A stretch of 63,998 bases of DNA, filler included, from Candidatus Babelota bacterium (GCA_017999075.1; 9 parts of 9 records of this genome joined end to end with filler, not necessarily neighbours in it), one strand, 5' to 3'. Numbered from the whole stretch's first letter, positions 40,329-51,663 are shown. Made by a program: numbers and translations. The notes: a model not told the origin generated them from the letters alone.

Positions 40329-43300
40329 ATGATAAAAAAAAGTGTTATTTTATTGTTTTTAATAGGATTTATTTTGATAAATCCTGTTTCAGCCAAAAGA
40401 TGGTGGGAAGTATATTTTACTGAAGGCACACCAAATACTCAATCAAACACAGATATAGAAATAAAACTTGCAGAATTAATAAATGGAGCTCAATATTCGG
40501 TTGATATAGTAAGTTACACGTGGGGGACCGCAGGAACAGGGAATTCTTTTGTCAGGGCGATTAATAATGCATACAACCGCGGATTAACAGTAAGACTTGT
40601 TGGAGATGGTGAACGCGAAATAAATCCGAATATCAATGCTTCAATTCCAAGAAAATTAAGAGATAACAATATAAGCGGAAGCGGAATCCAGCATAATAAA
40701 TTAATAATAATAGATTATGGCAGAGCAAATGCAAAAGTTGTGGGAGGTTCTGCAAACTGGACAACAGGAGCAATGTCAGCACAGTATAATAATATATTAA
40801 TTATTACTGACCAAAATATAGTAAGTGAATATCACAGAGAATTTGAAGAAATGTTTTTAGGGACATTTAACGGCGGGGCATCAGGCAACAATTCATTTGA
40901 CCTAGCCAATAACGCAAGAGCGGAATTATATTTTTCTTCAGAAGACAACTGGATGTATAACAAATTTCTTTATAACATAAAATCTGCGCAAAAAAGCGCG
41001 ATTATGTTAGCTAACAATTTGACAAAATTCAGTTATTTAGGTTCATCAGATGCCATAGCTTCGGCATTTATTCAGGCAAAATCAAATGGAGCTGTAGTAG
41101 AAGGAACAGTAGATGATTATTATTACAATTATAACGTATCAAAATCCACTGTTGACAATTTAGCTTCAAACGGAATAGATATGCGAGTAATTAAGAATCC
41201 GAATAATGTTGATGCAAGGCTTCATAATAAAATCGTTATAATAGACGGAGAACTTGTAATAACAGGTTCTGCAAATTTTACAATGGCTGCTCAGCAGAAT
41301 AATGATGAAAATCAAATATATATAAGAGACCCGATACTTGCCAGAGAATATTTAAAACATTATAGAAAATTAATGAAAGAATCGGATATAAAAACCGCTA
41401 ATCCGACATTTGAGGAAGTCGCACCGTCAAATATTACCGGAGTTATAGGAAAAGCGCAGGGAGATGGAATAAAACTTACGTGGGATAAATGCACCAGCTC
41501 AGATTTTGACAGGTATTTCATATATATTTCAACTTCTCCGATTCTTGATGTGAGTAATTTGAGACCTGAAATAGGAATATTGACAGACAAAAATCAGGTT
41601 TCATATACAGTCAATACTGTAAATAACGGTGATTCATTAACAAAAGGAACCACATATTATTTGGCGGTAACAGCAGCTGATGTAAGAGGAAATGAATCTT
41701 TGATAACAAACGGAGTTTCTAATACAGAAGGAATATTATATACAGGATTAGTTGATGGAGCATGGCCTATAGCGAGCATAAGTTTTGATACTGGTGCAAG
41801 TCAGATAGTTAAACATAATTCTACATTAATATTTAATTTGAGAAATGGAGAATCAGCGTTAAGAGAAATTATAAGATTCACAATAGATTTGTCAGGAGAC
41901 AGTTCAAATCCGTTTACATTCACTACTCCACAGCCATATTTGCAGGGAATGGATTACATATTAACTGAAAACCAAATTACATTTTATGGAATGCTGGTTT
42001 ATCCCGGAGATACCTTAGAATTAAAACTTGCAGTAAAAAATCCTAAGAAATCAGGCGTTAGCAACTCAATACTTCTTAACACAATAGCATCAAACGGTGA
42101 AGATAAAATTACTTCGATGTCCGGATTGCCGATACTTCCAACGGATTTTCAAATTACAGCTGAATTAGCAGTTGCTTCAGGACAAAGTGTAATTTCAGGA
42201 GAAACCACCCAGTTAAAATTGACTTTGAAAAATACTTCAATATATGATAACAGGCTAACTTCATTTTGTATAGTAGGCGGTTATACAACCACCAGTCAAA
42301 ATTATAAACCTGTTTTTTCAGATGCAGGACTTCAACCGTCAAATTCTTCATGGAAAATAAGTAACGCAAATATATTAACAGACAGTTCATCGCAAATATA
42401 TTTTACCGCAACTAACGCAGGGTTATCTCCAGGCAATGATGCAATAGTTTATTTGAACGCCATATTGCCTACTAAATTACCGCAGCATGATACAGGAATA
42501 TTGTATATTGTTTCTGACGGTGATGAAACGAGCGTTATAGAATACACATTTAAAGCAGACATAAAATATGCTGATAAAAATATTATAATTAATGAATTTA
42601 TGTATAATCCGCTTGGAGATTATGATAAATATCTTGAATATGTGGAACTCAGGAATTTATCTGATTTACCGTTTGATATAAGCGGCTGGAAAGTTAATTG
42701 CAATGGAACTCTGAATACTTTTCCAAATGGTTCAATAATTGAAGCTAACGGATATATAATAATGGCCAGTATTCTTGAAACAAAAGATGAAACAGGAAAG
42801 AGTTTTGCCGCTGTTTATGGAAATAAAGATGGAGTATGGAATTATGCGGTTGACGGTTTTCAAGCAATAAACGCTTCAAACACGTTTGATTTAAACGATA
42901 ATTTCGGATATATAGAAATACAGAATGCTACGGGTTCGTATAAATCGAAGGTGGATTACAATGATGCTTATCCTATGTGGGTAGGAGCTGACGGAACAGG
43001 AAGTTCTTTTGAAAAAATCAGTTCTGACATCGAAGATGAAGGCAATGCTATTATTGACGGAAACAATTATCAGGCTAGTTCTCCTGCAAGTTCAAATGGA
43101 TCGCCAGGATACAATAATGTTTCAGACACCACTCTTATAACAGGGTTAAATGTTAAAACCACAACAATCAACAGCATAACATTATCATGGAATCCATTGC
43201 AGGCTATAAGAAATTTTAATGGATATAAAATATATTATTCAACAACCAGTCCTGTTACAACTCTTGCTGGATACTGGACAAAAAATAGCGATTCAGAATT

Positions 43301-45073
43301 AAGAAAAACGGCCACCAACCAAACGGTTATAACCAATTTAGCTCCTTCTACAAAATATTATTTTGTGATAGTTCCGGTAATAAATAATTCTGAAGGAAGA
43401 ATAAATAATGTTTATGAAGTATCAGGAACAACAGGAGAAGTTACTCCAGTAGAGGATTTGACAGTTTCTGAAATAAATGACGGAGTAACATCAATTTATG
43501 AGTATAATGGCACTAAAATTTTAAAAGATAAACCGCTGGTAGTAAAAATTTCAACTTCATCAGAATATACTGATGTATCGGATTTTTATCTGTATTATGA
43601 GGTTAATAAGATTCCTGACGGAACAAATGTTAACAGGCGTGTTGGTTTAACAGGGCAAATAAATAAATTTCAGGCTGTAATATCATCGTGGGATCCTGAT
43701 ATTGTTGATGGAGTAACAATTAATTTTATAATTAAAAAAGGAACCACTTCATTTTATCATAACAAAACTGTATGGTCTTTCAAAATTGAAGGTATGCCGA
43801 TAGATTTTAACATTACTGGAGTGACAACAAGAAATACAGGGAAAGGTGAAATACTTGTCAGATGGAATCCTGTAACGCATTATTCTTATTTCAAACAATA
43901 TAAAATATATTATAATATGAGCGACACTGTAGACTTGACTTCTTCTGTATGGTCAAGTGAAAATGACAAGAACTTGGCTATTGGAGTTACTAATTCAACA
44001 GTAATCAAAGGATTGCAGCAAGGTAAAAAATATGGGTTTAAAGTTGTACTTCATAACAACTGGGATTATGAATGCGATTTGACTGCTGCAGAATTAGTTT
44101 ATGATACTCCTACAGCTACAGGAAATATTATAATAACGGAAGTATTGCCTGCATTATCAGGAAATACTGATGCTTGGGTTGAATTATACTGTTACAGCGG
44201 GCAGCAGGATTTAACTGGATATAGAGTAAGCCCTATATCAGATTTGTCCAAAGAGGTTGATTTGCAGGGAAATATTATACAGAACAATTCATATCTGAAA
44301 ATTAATCTTGGGAGAAATTATTTTAAAAATGATGATGGAATAGTTTTATATACTGAAGACGGAGCAATTATAAATTGCGTATTCTGGTCAAATAAAGACG
44401 GAAATCTTACAGATACTGTAACCAATGAATTAAATGAGGAATATTATGGAGCTGCATTGTGGAACATGAGCAGTTATTATAAATATTCAAGTGACCAGGG
44501 AATTGAAAACACTCTTGTTTATTTAGACACTTCGGAAGATTATTCAATATCAAGGAAAATGCATAATAATTCGAATTATTATACAAACAATAATCTTTTT
44601 GATTGGGAATTATGTACTATTGCAACGCCTGAAGCTATAAATCAGGTTACTAATGTTGTCATGAATTATGCAACTGACGGGAACAAGACAATTTCCAATT
44701 TTTATTTGGAAGACAGTTTGTTTGACACTGATGTTGCTGTAAATTTCAGATTAACAAATCAGCCGAGAGATATTAATCAAATCAGGTTATATTATAATGT
44801 CAATCGGGAAGCTTCAGGAAGTTCGGCTGATACTGAATTATTGACTGTTTCTGCAAGCGCTGATAATTTAACTCGTACCGCAATAATACCTAAAACAGGA
44901 GTTTCTAACGGTAAAATTTATTTTTTAATAAAAGTTGACGGCAAGATTTTCAGGTTTAATAATTCGTTTTGCTGGTCATACACATCTGATAATGAGGCTC
45001 CATCGAAAATTACGGGATTAACGTCACTTTCCAAAACTTTAAATTCTGTAAATTTAACGTGGAATTATTATTC
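40329..45073 (+). CDS. Large secreted PLD-family protein with FN3 and lamin-tail domains; 3'-partial
   Basis: Signal peptide; two HKD motifs (HNKLIIID..GSANW, HNKIVIID..GSANF); IIINEFMYNP..EYVEL and IIITEVLP..WVEL LTDs; FN3 repeats. Confidence 0.85.
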
Positions 45074-45173
45074 NNNNNNNNNNNNNNNNNNNNNNNNNNN
45101 NNNNNNNNNNNNNNNNNTTAATTAATTAANNNNNNNNNNNNNNNNNNNNNNNNNNNNNNNNNNNNNNNNNNNN

Positions 45174-45207
45174 AATGGCAGAACTGCCATTTTGGAAACA
45201 CTCCCAT
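45174..45207. repeat. Second copy of the MITE right end
   Basis: AATGGCAGAACTGCCATTTTGGAAACACTCCCATT matches 9097-9131. Confidence 0.8.
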
Positions 45208-45209
45208 TA

Positions 45210-45255
45210 TATTAAACCAAGCTGCATATTTTAGTAATTTTGACGGCGGTTTGGT
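45210..45255. repeat. 46-bp hairpin (REP-like) repeat, copy A
   Basis: 41/46 identical to 55375-55420; ACCAAGCTGC/GCGGTTTGGT stem. Confidence 0.8.
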
Positions 45256-45264
45256 AATATGACT

Positions 45265-45392
45265 TTAAATCGATAAAAATTTTATTGATTTATTGTGTTT
45301 TAATTATACAATAATTTTAATAACTTGTGTCACTTTTCAATTACAATCTTGTGGAAGTTTTTGACTGCAATTTACGGCCATTGAAATTTTTG
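45265..45392 (+). repeat. 128-bp direct repeat copy 1 (promoter-like part plus start of the CHAT fragment)
   Basis: Strongly similar to 49881-50008; contains TTGATT-N16-TACAAT. Confidence 0.85.
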
Positions 45393-45605
45393 ACATTAAA
45401 ATCAAAGCAGACATGGTTACATTAAGTGCCTGTCAGTTATGTCCTGGGAAAATTATACCGGAGATGAAATTATTGAATTAAACCGAGCTTTTTTTTACGC
45501 AGGAACTAAATATTGTATTTTAGATATGGAGGATAGGCGATTTATCAATTTCTCTGTTTATGAAATGTTTTTACAAAAATTATCCTTATTTAAATAAATC
45601 TGATT
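45374..45605 (+). pseudogene. CHAT (caspase-like) domain pseudogene fragment
   Basis: Three frames join to TAIEIFDIKIKADMVTLSACQ / GDEIIELNRAFFYAGTK / IWRIGDLSISLFMKCFYKN. Confidence 0.75.
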
Positions 45606-45715
45606 TATATTTCGGTAAATTTAATCTTATATAACCTTCAATCCTGGTAATAAATGTATTGCTCTCTGATATAAAATAAAATTTTATCAATTAATATAAA
45701 AGTTTGGAGGAACAA

Positions 45716-47806
45716 ATGAAATCAGAAATTAAAAAAATTCAAATGACATGGAAACAAAAAATTGATTTACTTGTTCCGTATGTAAAAAAAAAAGTTATTG
45801 AACAAATAAAAGCAGTAGCGTTAATTATTATTTATCTTGTATTATTTCAAACTTTGATTTTGGGTATTGCTATAGCTGAAGCAGGATTGATTGCATCCGG
45901 AATTGCAATTGTTGTATTCGGACTCGCTTTTTTTATGGAAGGATTATTTTTGGGATTAATGCCGCTCGGAGAGGTTATAGGCGTAAAACTTCCGCAAAAA
46001 TCAGGATTATTTGTCATACTTGTTTTCTCATTTATTTTAGGAGTGGGCGTAACTTTTGCCGAACCAGCAATCGGAGTTTTAAAAGCTGCTGGAGCGTTTG
46101 TAAAAGCGTGGGATGCGCCGCTGCTTTTTCTGCTTCTGAATAAATATTCAAATTATCTGGTGTATGCTGTAGGTATCGGCGTAGGTATGGCAGTTGTTTC
46201 TGGTATGTTAAGATTTATTTATAACTGGTCATTGAAACCTTTTTTATATGGAGGAGTTGTTATATTGACCGCATTGTCAATTTGGGCTGAATTTAATCCT
46301 AATTTGCGATATGTGATAGGATTGGCATGGGATTGCGGAGGTGTTACTACAGGACCAGTAACAGTTCCGCTTGTACTTGCTCTTGGGATAGGAATCAGCA
46401 GAATTGTAAGTAAAGGGAGTTCCGAACTTTCCGGATTTGGCGTTGTCACTCTTGCTTCATTGTTTCCGATTTTTACAGTTATTATTTGCGGGACATTATT
46501 TTTAAACAAAGTTCCTGTTCCTACTGTTGAGAAACTTTTTTTTACAGATCCTTCTATTCAAGAAAAAAGCAAATACCTTTTTGTTTCTGATATCGAATAT
46601 AAAGGATATGCCTTAAAAAACGCTTCTCCTGAAACTTTGATAACATTATTAGGCGGCAAAGAACAAATGCTTGATTTTATTGAAAAAATAAAAAATACAG
46701 ATTCAATGCGTAAAATAATTTTCGGGAGTGAAGACATTGCAGTTTTTGAACGATGGTTAATTGACAATGGAACTCAAGAACAAAAATTGAAGGTTTTTGG
46801 AAACATTGAAAATATAAATAATACAGTGAAAAAATATTTTTTTACAGAACAAAAATTTCTTAATGTCAATGATTTGATAACAAGGAATTTTTTCGCATCT
46901 ATGCAAGCGATTATACCTTTGGTAATTTTTTTGATTATTATTCTTATGATTATTTTACGGGAGAAACTGCCGCAGCCTGATGAAGTGTTTCTTGGAGTTG
47001 TTTTTTCAGTTATAGGCATGCTTTTGTTTAATATAGGAATAGAACTTGGACTTGCGAAACTTGGAAATCAAGTTGGTTCAAAATTACCTTCTTCCTTTAA
47101 AAGCATAGAATTAGTAGAATCAAAAAAAATTATTACAAATTTTGACGAATCAGTAATGCAGACTGCGATTACTCCGAGCGGTGAAAAAGAAAAAATTTTT
47201 TATATAAAAAATAATAATCAGTACGAACGGGTTCCTTATAAAAATACTGAATATGATCCTATATCCAAAACATATATTTATACTCCTATAAAATCTCCTA
47301 TGTTTGGAGTTGAAAAAAGTTTCGGAGGTTATCTGATTGCCATTTTATTTGCATTTGTTATGGGATACGGAGCTACTCTTGCTGAACCTGCTTTAAATGC
47401 TCTTGGTCTTACTGTGGAAGAACTTACAGTAGGAACTTTTAAGAAATCATTATTGATGCAGACTGTTGCAATAGGCGTAGGTATTGGTATATCAGCAGGT
47501 TTGGCAAAAATAATTTGGAATATTCCACTTATCTGGATACTTGTGCCGCCATATGCAATACTAATGTATCTAACTAAAGTTTCTTCCGAAGAATATGTGA
47601 ATATCGGATGGGATAGCGCAGGAGTTACAACAGGTCCTATTACAGTTCCGCTTGTTCTTGCTCTTGGATTAGGGATAGGGAACCAAATAAATGTAGTTGA
47701 AGGGTTTGGAATACTTGCTACTGCTTCGGCTTTTCCAATACTCTCTGTTTTATCAGTAGGTTTATATGTCAATTATAAAAGAAAAAAAATGCAGGCAACA
47801 GAATAA
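45716..47806 (+). CDS. Fused double-DUF1538 membrane protein
   Basis: Two AEPA...WD(C/S)(G/A)GVTTGP(V/I)TVPLVLALG motifs; GGAGG RBS before the ATG at 45716. Confidence 0.88.
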   Translation: MKSEIKKIQMTWKQKIDLLVPYVKKKVIEQIKAVALIIIYLVLFQTLILGIAIAEAGLIASGIAIVVFGLAFFMEGLFLGLMPLGEVIGVKLPQKSGLFVILVFSFILGVGVTFAEPAIGVLKAAGAFVKAWDAPLLFLLLNKYSNYLVYAVGIGVGMAVVSGMLRFIYNWSLKPFLYGGVVILTALSIWAEFNPNLRYVIGLAWDCGGVTTGPVTVPLVLALGIGISRIVSKGSSELSGFGVVTLASLFPIFTVIICGTLFLNKVPVPTVEKLFFTDPSIQEKSKYLFVSDIEYKGYALKNASPETLITLLGGKEQMLDFIEKIKNTDSMRKIIFGSEDIAVFERWLIDNGTQEQKLKVFGNIENINNTVKKYFFTEQKFLNVNDLITRNFFASMQAIIPLVIFLIIILMIILREKLPQPDEVFLGVVFSVIGMLLFNIGIELGLAKLGNQVGSKLPSSFKSIELVESKKIITNFDESVMQTAITPSGEKEKIFYIKNNNQYERVPYKNTEYDPISKTYIYTPIKSPMFGVEKSFGGYLIAILFAFVMGYGATLAEPALNALGLTVEELTVGTFKKSLLMQTVAIGVGIGISAGLAKIIWNIPLIWILVPPYAILMYLTKVSSEEYVNIGWDSAGVTTGPITVPLVLALGLGIGNQINVVEGFGILATASAFPILSVLSVGLYVNYKRKKMQATE

Positions 47807-47842
47807 ATTTAAAATTATATTTTTTATACAAGGTGATTGACA

Positions 47843-48967
47843 ATGGAAATTTTAAATAAAAAAGTTATTCAGATAAATGTTGAAACGACAAGAGAAATTA
47901 TTGATAGCTTGAAACCAACGCTTGCAGAAATGAATATAAAAAAAATTTTTGTAGAATCCGGAAGAAGAATGCTTCTTAGCGAACGCAGCGGAATGTTTAA
48001 AGTATTATCAAAGGAAAAAACAATAATTGACGATCCTATAAACATACTTTCTTTTTTGATAAATCCAGATATGGAAGAACAAGTATTACAGCTTATTATA
48101 AATAAGGCCAATTTAGATATGCCGGGACGCGGGTCGATTTATTCGAAAAAATTGAATATATATAAATCTCATGATGAATTACTTGAAAATAATGTTAATT
48201 CTATAAAAATTGATTCTAAAAATTTACTTTCTGAATTGAAAGGAATTACATGTATTGTTCAAAAAGGTGAAATTGAACCTATCGGAAGAGTGGGACTTGA
48301 TACCGGAACAGGAGTTCCTGCTATTACTTTCGGTACAGGTTCAGGATTTCGCGATAGACTCGGAATTTGGAGGATAGCTGTTCCTGCAGAAAAAGAAATT
48401 TGCAATTTATCTTTAAACCATAGAGATTGTGAACAGATTTTTAATATGATGATTGATGCTGGAGCTCTGGACCATACAGGCAAAGGATTCATTTATTATT
48501 TCAATATAAATAAAGGATTGCTTAATACTAAATTTCAAATAGGAACTATAAATCAGGCCGCAAGTATAGAACAGATTATTACTGTTATAGATGAAATGAA
48601 AGGGAATTCCGATTGGAGAAGAAGAGAACTTTCAAGCGGAGGAATAGTAAAAAAAAGAAAATTTTTAACTAACTTAATACATTTTGCCGTATCCTGCAAT
48701 GAAGGTAAAGCTGCAGATTTAACGCTTGCAGCGATGAATGCAGGAGCTGCAGGCGCAACAATATTCAAAAGTAAATTCATAGATTTAAGCAATCCTGAAA
48801 AACAAAAAATAACTCCCGCAAGAGAAATAAGCAATATGATAATAGGAGAATCAATTATAGAAAAAATAACAAAGGAATTAGAAGAAAATAATTTGTTTTC
48901 TGATGAAATTTGCGGGCAAATTCTTATGTCTCCGGTTTTAAAAGCATGTACATATTTTGGAAAATAA
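47843..48967 (+). CDS. Protein with three tandem P-II/GlnB-like repeats
   Basis: LDMPGRGSIY, CIVQKG...EKE...LDHTGKGFIY, AAMNAGAAGATI; follows DUF1538. Confidence 0.65.
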   Translation: MEILNKKVIQINVETTREIIDSLKPTLAEMNIKKIFVESGRRMLLSERSGMFKVLSKEKTIIDDPINILSFLINPDMEEQVLQLIINKANLDMPGRGSIYSKKLNIYKSHDELLENNVNSIKIDSKNLLSELKGITCIVQKGEIEPIGRVGLDTGTGVPAITFGTGSGFRDRLGIWRIAVPAEKEICNLSLNHRDCEQIFNMMIDAGALDHTGKGFIYYFNINKGLLNTKFQIGTINQAASIEQIITVIDEMKGNSDWRRRELSSGGIVKKRKFLTNLIHFAVSCNEGKAADLTLAAMNAGAAGATIFKSKFIDLSNPEKQKITPAREISNMIIGESIIEKITKELEENNLFSDEICGQILMSPVLKACTYFGK

Positions 48968-49074
48968 AATTATTCTGGTATTACAATAACCGTAAATTGT
49001 CTGCACAACCGAATTCAGATGTTTTTTGAGAATATGCGCCGAGTGATTATTATTGTAAAAATGTGTAAAATATG

Positions 49075-49635
49075 TCATTTAATTTCCGTCAGTTGTTTTC
49101 CTGCTTCTTTAGCTTCATTCAGCAAATCAGATTGTTTGTTAATATCAAGCGGATTTAACAAACCAGCTGCGACTATAATATTAACCACGTCAAACCCAAG
49201 AAAACCGAACATTTCAGCAGTTGCTTTAAAATAGGAACTGAATAATTTTTTATCAGGATTACCTTGAGTATAAGCAAGAATCATTTTTTTTCGTTTATTA
49301 AAACGGCTGGAAAAATCCGGATTTAAAACCGGCAGTAACCTGTCAGTAAACATTTTAGCCTGAGCATTCATTTGAAACATATATACCGGAGAACAGAGAA
49401 TAATACCATCCGCTATAAACACTTCTTCCAACAATTTAGACATATCATCTTTAATGACGCAGACTGCTTTACTCTTACAATAATAGCAACCCTGACATCC
49501 TTTTATCTTCATTGAATTGAGGTTATAGTAATTTGTATCCGCATTTTTTTCATTTGCGCCTTCGAGAATTTTACGAACCAATATATCAGTATTTCCATTG
49601 GTTCTCGGACTGCTGTTTATGCCTATAATATTCAT
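49075..49635 (-). CDS. Flavodoxin-family / iron-sulfur flavoprotein
   Basis: INSSPRTNGNT, CQGCYYC..C..KDDM, SPVY; GGGAG RBS. Confidence 0.9.
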   Translation of the reverse strand: MNIIGINSSPRTNGNTDILVRKILEGANEKNADTNYYNLNSMKIKGCQGCYYCKSKAVCVIKDDMSKLLEEVFIADGIILCSPVYMFQMNAQAKMFTDRLLPVLNPDFSSRFNKRKKMILAYTQGNPDKKLFSSYFKATAEMFGFLGFDVVNIIVAAGLLNPLDINKQSDLLNEAKEAGKQLTEIK

Positions 49636-49739
49636 TGCACATCTCCCGCATATTTTTAATAAATTATTCAATAAATTTTTTTAAGCTAAATTATAAACCG
49701 ATAATATTAAAATGTCAAAATTTAAATTTATCATTTTAT

Positions 49740-49826
49740 TTATTTTCTATATGGATGATCTGCTTCCACTAGTTTTTCTACCGCAATTGAGTTAAAAGCT
49801 AAATGCTTATCTATTTTACCGTTCAT
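49740..49826 (-). pseudogene. N-terminal fragment of an IS1182/IS5-like (DUF772) transposase
   Basis: MNGKIDKHLAFNSIAVEKLVEADHPYRK* resembles the E-x-LVP-x-DHP-x-RK start of these transposases. Confidence 0.5.
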
Positions 49827-49880
49827 TTTTGCCTTCGATAATATTTGTTATTCTATTTATATTATAATATAATATCGGCA

Positions 49881-50008
49881 TTAAATTGATAAAAATTTTC
49901 TTGATTTATTGTGTTTTAATTATACAATAACATTTGATAACTTGTGTTACTTTTCAATTACAATCTTTTGTAAGTTTTGACTACAATTTACGGCTATTGA
50001 AATTTTTG
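49881..50008 (+). repeat. 128-bp direct repeat copy 2
   Basis: Strongly similar to 45265-45392. Confidence 0.85.
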
Positions 50009-50194
50009 TTAACAGCGAATTAAATCAGGACACTACATTTACTTTTATTTTGTTTAAAAAATAAATAATATTATTTTATATTTTGTTTATAAGNNNNNNN
50101 NNNNNNNNNNNNNNNNNNNNNNNNNNNNNNNNNNNNNTTAATTAATTAANNNNNNNNNNNNNNNNNNNNNNNNNNNNNNNNNNNNNNNNNNNNA

Positions 50195-50506
50195 AAATTT
50201 TTTATAAACACCGGTTATTCACACAGAATAAATTCAAATGAAATACAAGAATATTTCAAATATGCCGAAGAAGATGAAATTCATGTTTATGGAATAATTT
50301 CTTTGTGGTTTGAAGAATTAAATAGAAAATTTTTAAAACAGTATGACTCCATAAATTCAATCCGATATTTAGAAAAAATTATAGATAAAAAAAACATCTA
50401 TGAAAAACTGTTCAATAAAAATATTGATAATAAATATAAAGATCTATTATTAAACAAATATAAAATAATCGATTTCGAAAAAAAATGGTGTTTAAATAAA
50501 AAATAA
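50195..50506 (+). CDS. Hypothetical protein, 5'-partial
   Basis: Frame open from the contig start to the TAA at 50506. Confidence 0.55.
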   Translation, partial: KFFINTGYSHRINSNEIQEYFKYAEEDEIHVYGIISLWFEELNRKFLKQYDSINSIRYLEKIIDKKNIYEKLFNKNIDNKYKDLLLNKYKIIDFEKKWCLNKK

Positions 50507-50541
50507 TTTACTTTTTTTTTTTTAGAAGTATAATTATTTTT

Positions 50542-51651
50542 ATGAAGTCGGATGTATATTTTACAGACACCCGCGAACACCATCATTATAATATTTATGA
50601 TAAAGTAAAAAAACTTCTTAAAAGCATTGATTTAAAAAATATAATAAAAAAAAATGATATCGTAGCTGTTAAAATTCATTTTGGAGAATACGGCAATACA
50701 TCTTATATCAAACCTCCTATTGTAAGGATTGTGATTGATGAAATAAAAGCGCTCGGAGGGAAGCCGTTTTTAACCGATGGTTCAACATTATATAAAGGAA
50801 GCAGGAGCGATGCAGTTAATCATCTGCAAACTGCAATTTTGAATGGATTTGATTATTCTGTAGTAAATGCTCCTTTAGTTATTGCAGACGGCATTAAAGG
50901 CAATTCTTGCGTTAAAGTAAAAATCGACTGCAAACATACAGAATATGCTGAAATAGGTTCTGAGCCGTATTATGCAGATGCTCTTGTTGTATTAACTCAT
51001 TTCAAACTTCATGAACTGACAGGAATTGGAGGTTCATTAAAAAATATTGCAATGGGATTAGCCGCAAAATCAGGAAAACTTATTATGCATAGTTCTATAT
51101 CTCCTTCAATAAAAGGCAATGCTTGTATCAAATGTATGTCGTGTAAAAAAATATGTCCGGCAGATGCAATGGTTGTTAAAGAAAAATGTCTGCAAATAAA
51201 TCAGGAAAAATGTGTTGGATGCGCTCAATGTATAATGATATGTCCTGTTTCAGCAATAAATATCGTATGGAATGCTGTTTCAAATGATACTCAGGAAAAA
51301 ATATGCGAATTCGCAAAAGCAGTTTTGTCCAACAAAACAGGAAAATCCTGCTTTATTAATTTTCTTTACAATATAACTCCTGAATGCGACTGTTATTCTC
51401 ATTCAGATACTCCGATAGTTCAGGATATAGGAATACTCGCTTCTACAGATATTACAGCTATTGATAAAGCGAGTATAGATTTGTTAAATTCAAAACCAGG
51501 ATTAAAAAACTCGGCTTTGAAAAAAAATTTTGAACCAGGAGAAAACAAAGTTGCCGGCGTATATCCTGAACTTGATTGGACAACTCAAATCAATTATGCA
51601 GCCAAAATAGGATTAGGAAACTCTGATTATAATTTAATCAATCTTAAATAA
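50542..51651 (+). CDS. DUF362 protein with a 2x[4Fe-4S] ferredoxin domain
   Basis: AVKIHFGE.GN, TLYKGSR, HFKLHE..G.GG.LKN, two CxxCxxCxxxCP, CDC. Confidence 0.9.
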   Translation: MKSDVYFTDTREHHHYNIYDKVKKLLKSIDLKNIIKKNDIVAVKIHFGEYGNTSYIKPPIVRIVIDEIKALGGKPFLTDGSTLYKGSRSDAVNHLQTAILNGFDYSVVNAPLVIADGIKGNSCVKVKIDCKHTEYAEIGSEPYYADALVVLTHFKLHELTGIGGSLKNIAMGLAAKSGKLIMHSSISPSIKGNACIKCMSCKKICPADAMVVKEKCLQINQEKCVGCAQCIMICPVSAINIVWNAVSNDTQEKICEFAKAVLSNKTGKSCFINFLYNITPECDCYSHSDTPIVQDIGILASTDITAIDKASIDLLNSKPGLKNSALKKNFEPGENKVAGVYPELDWTTQINYAAKIGLGNSDYNLINLK

Positions 51652-51663
51652 ACATAATTTAAA

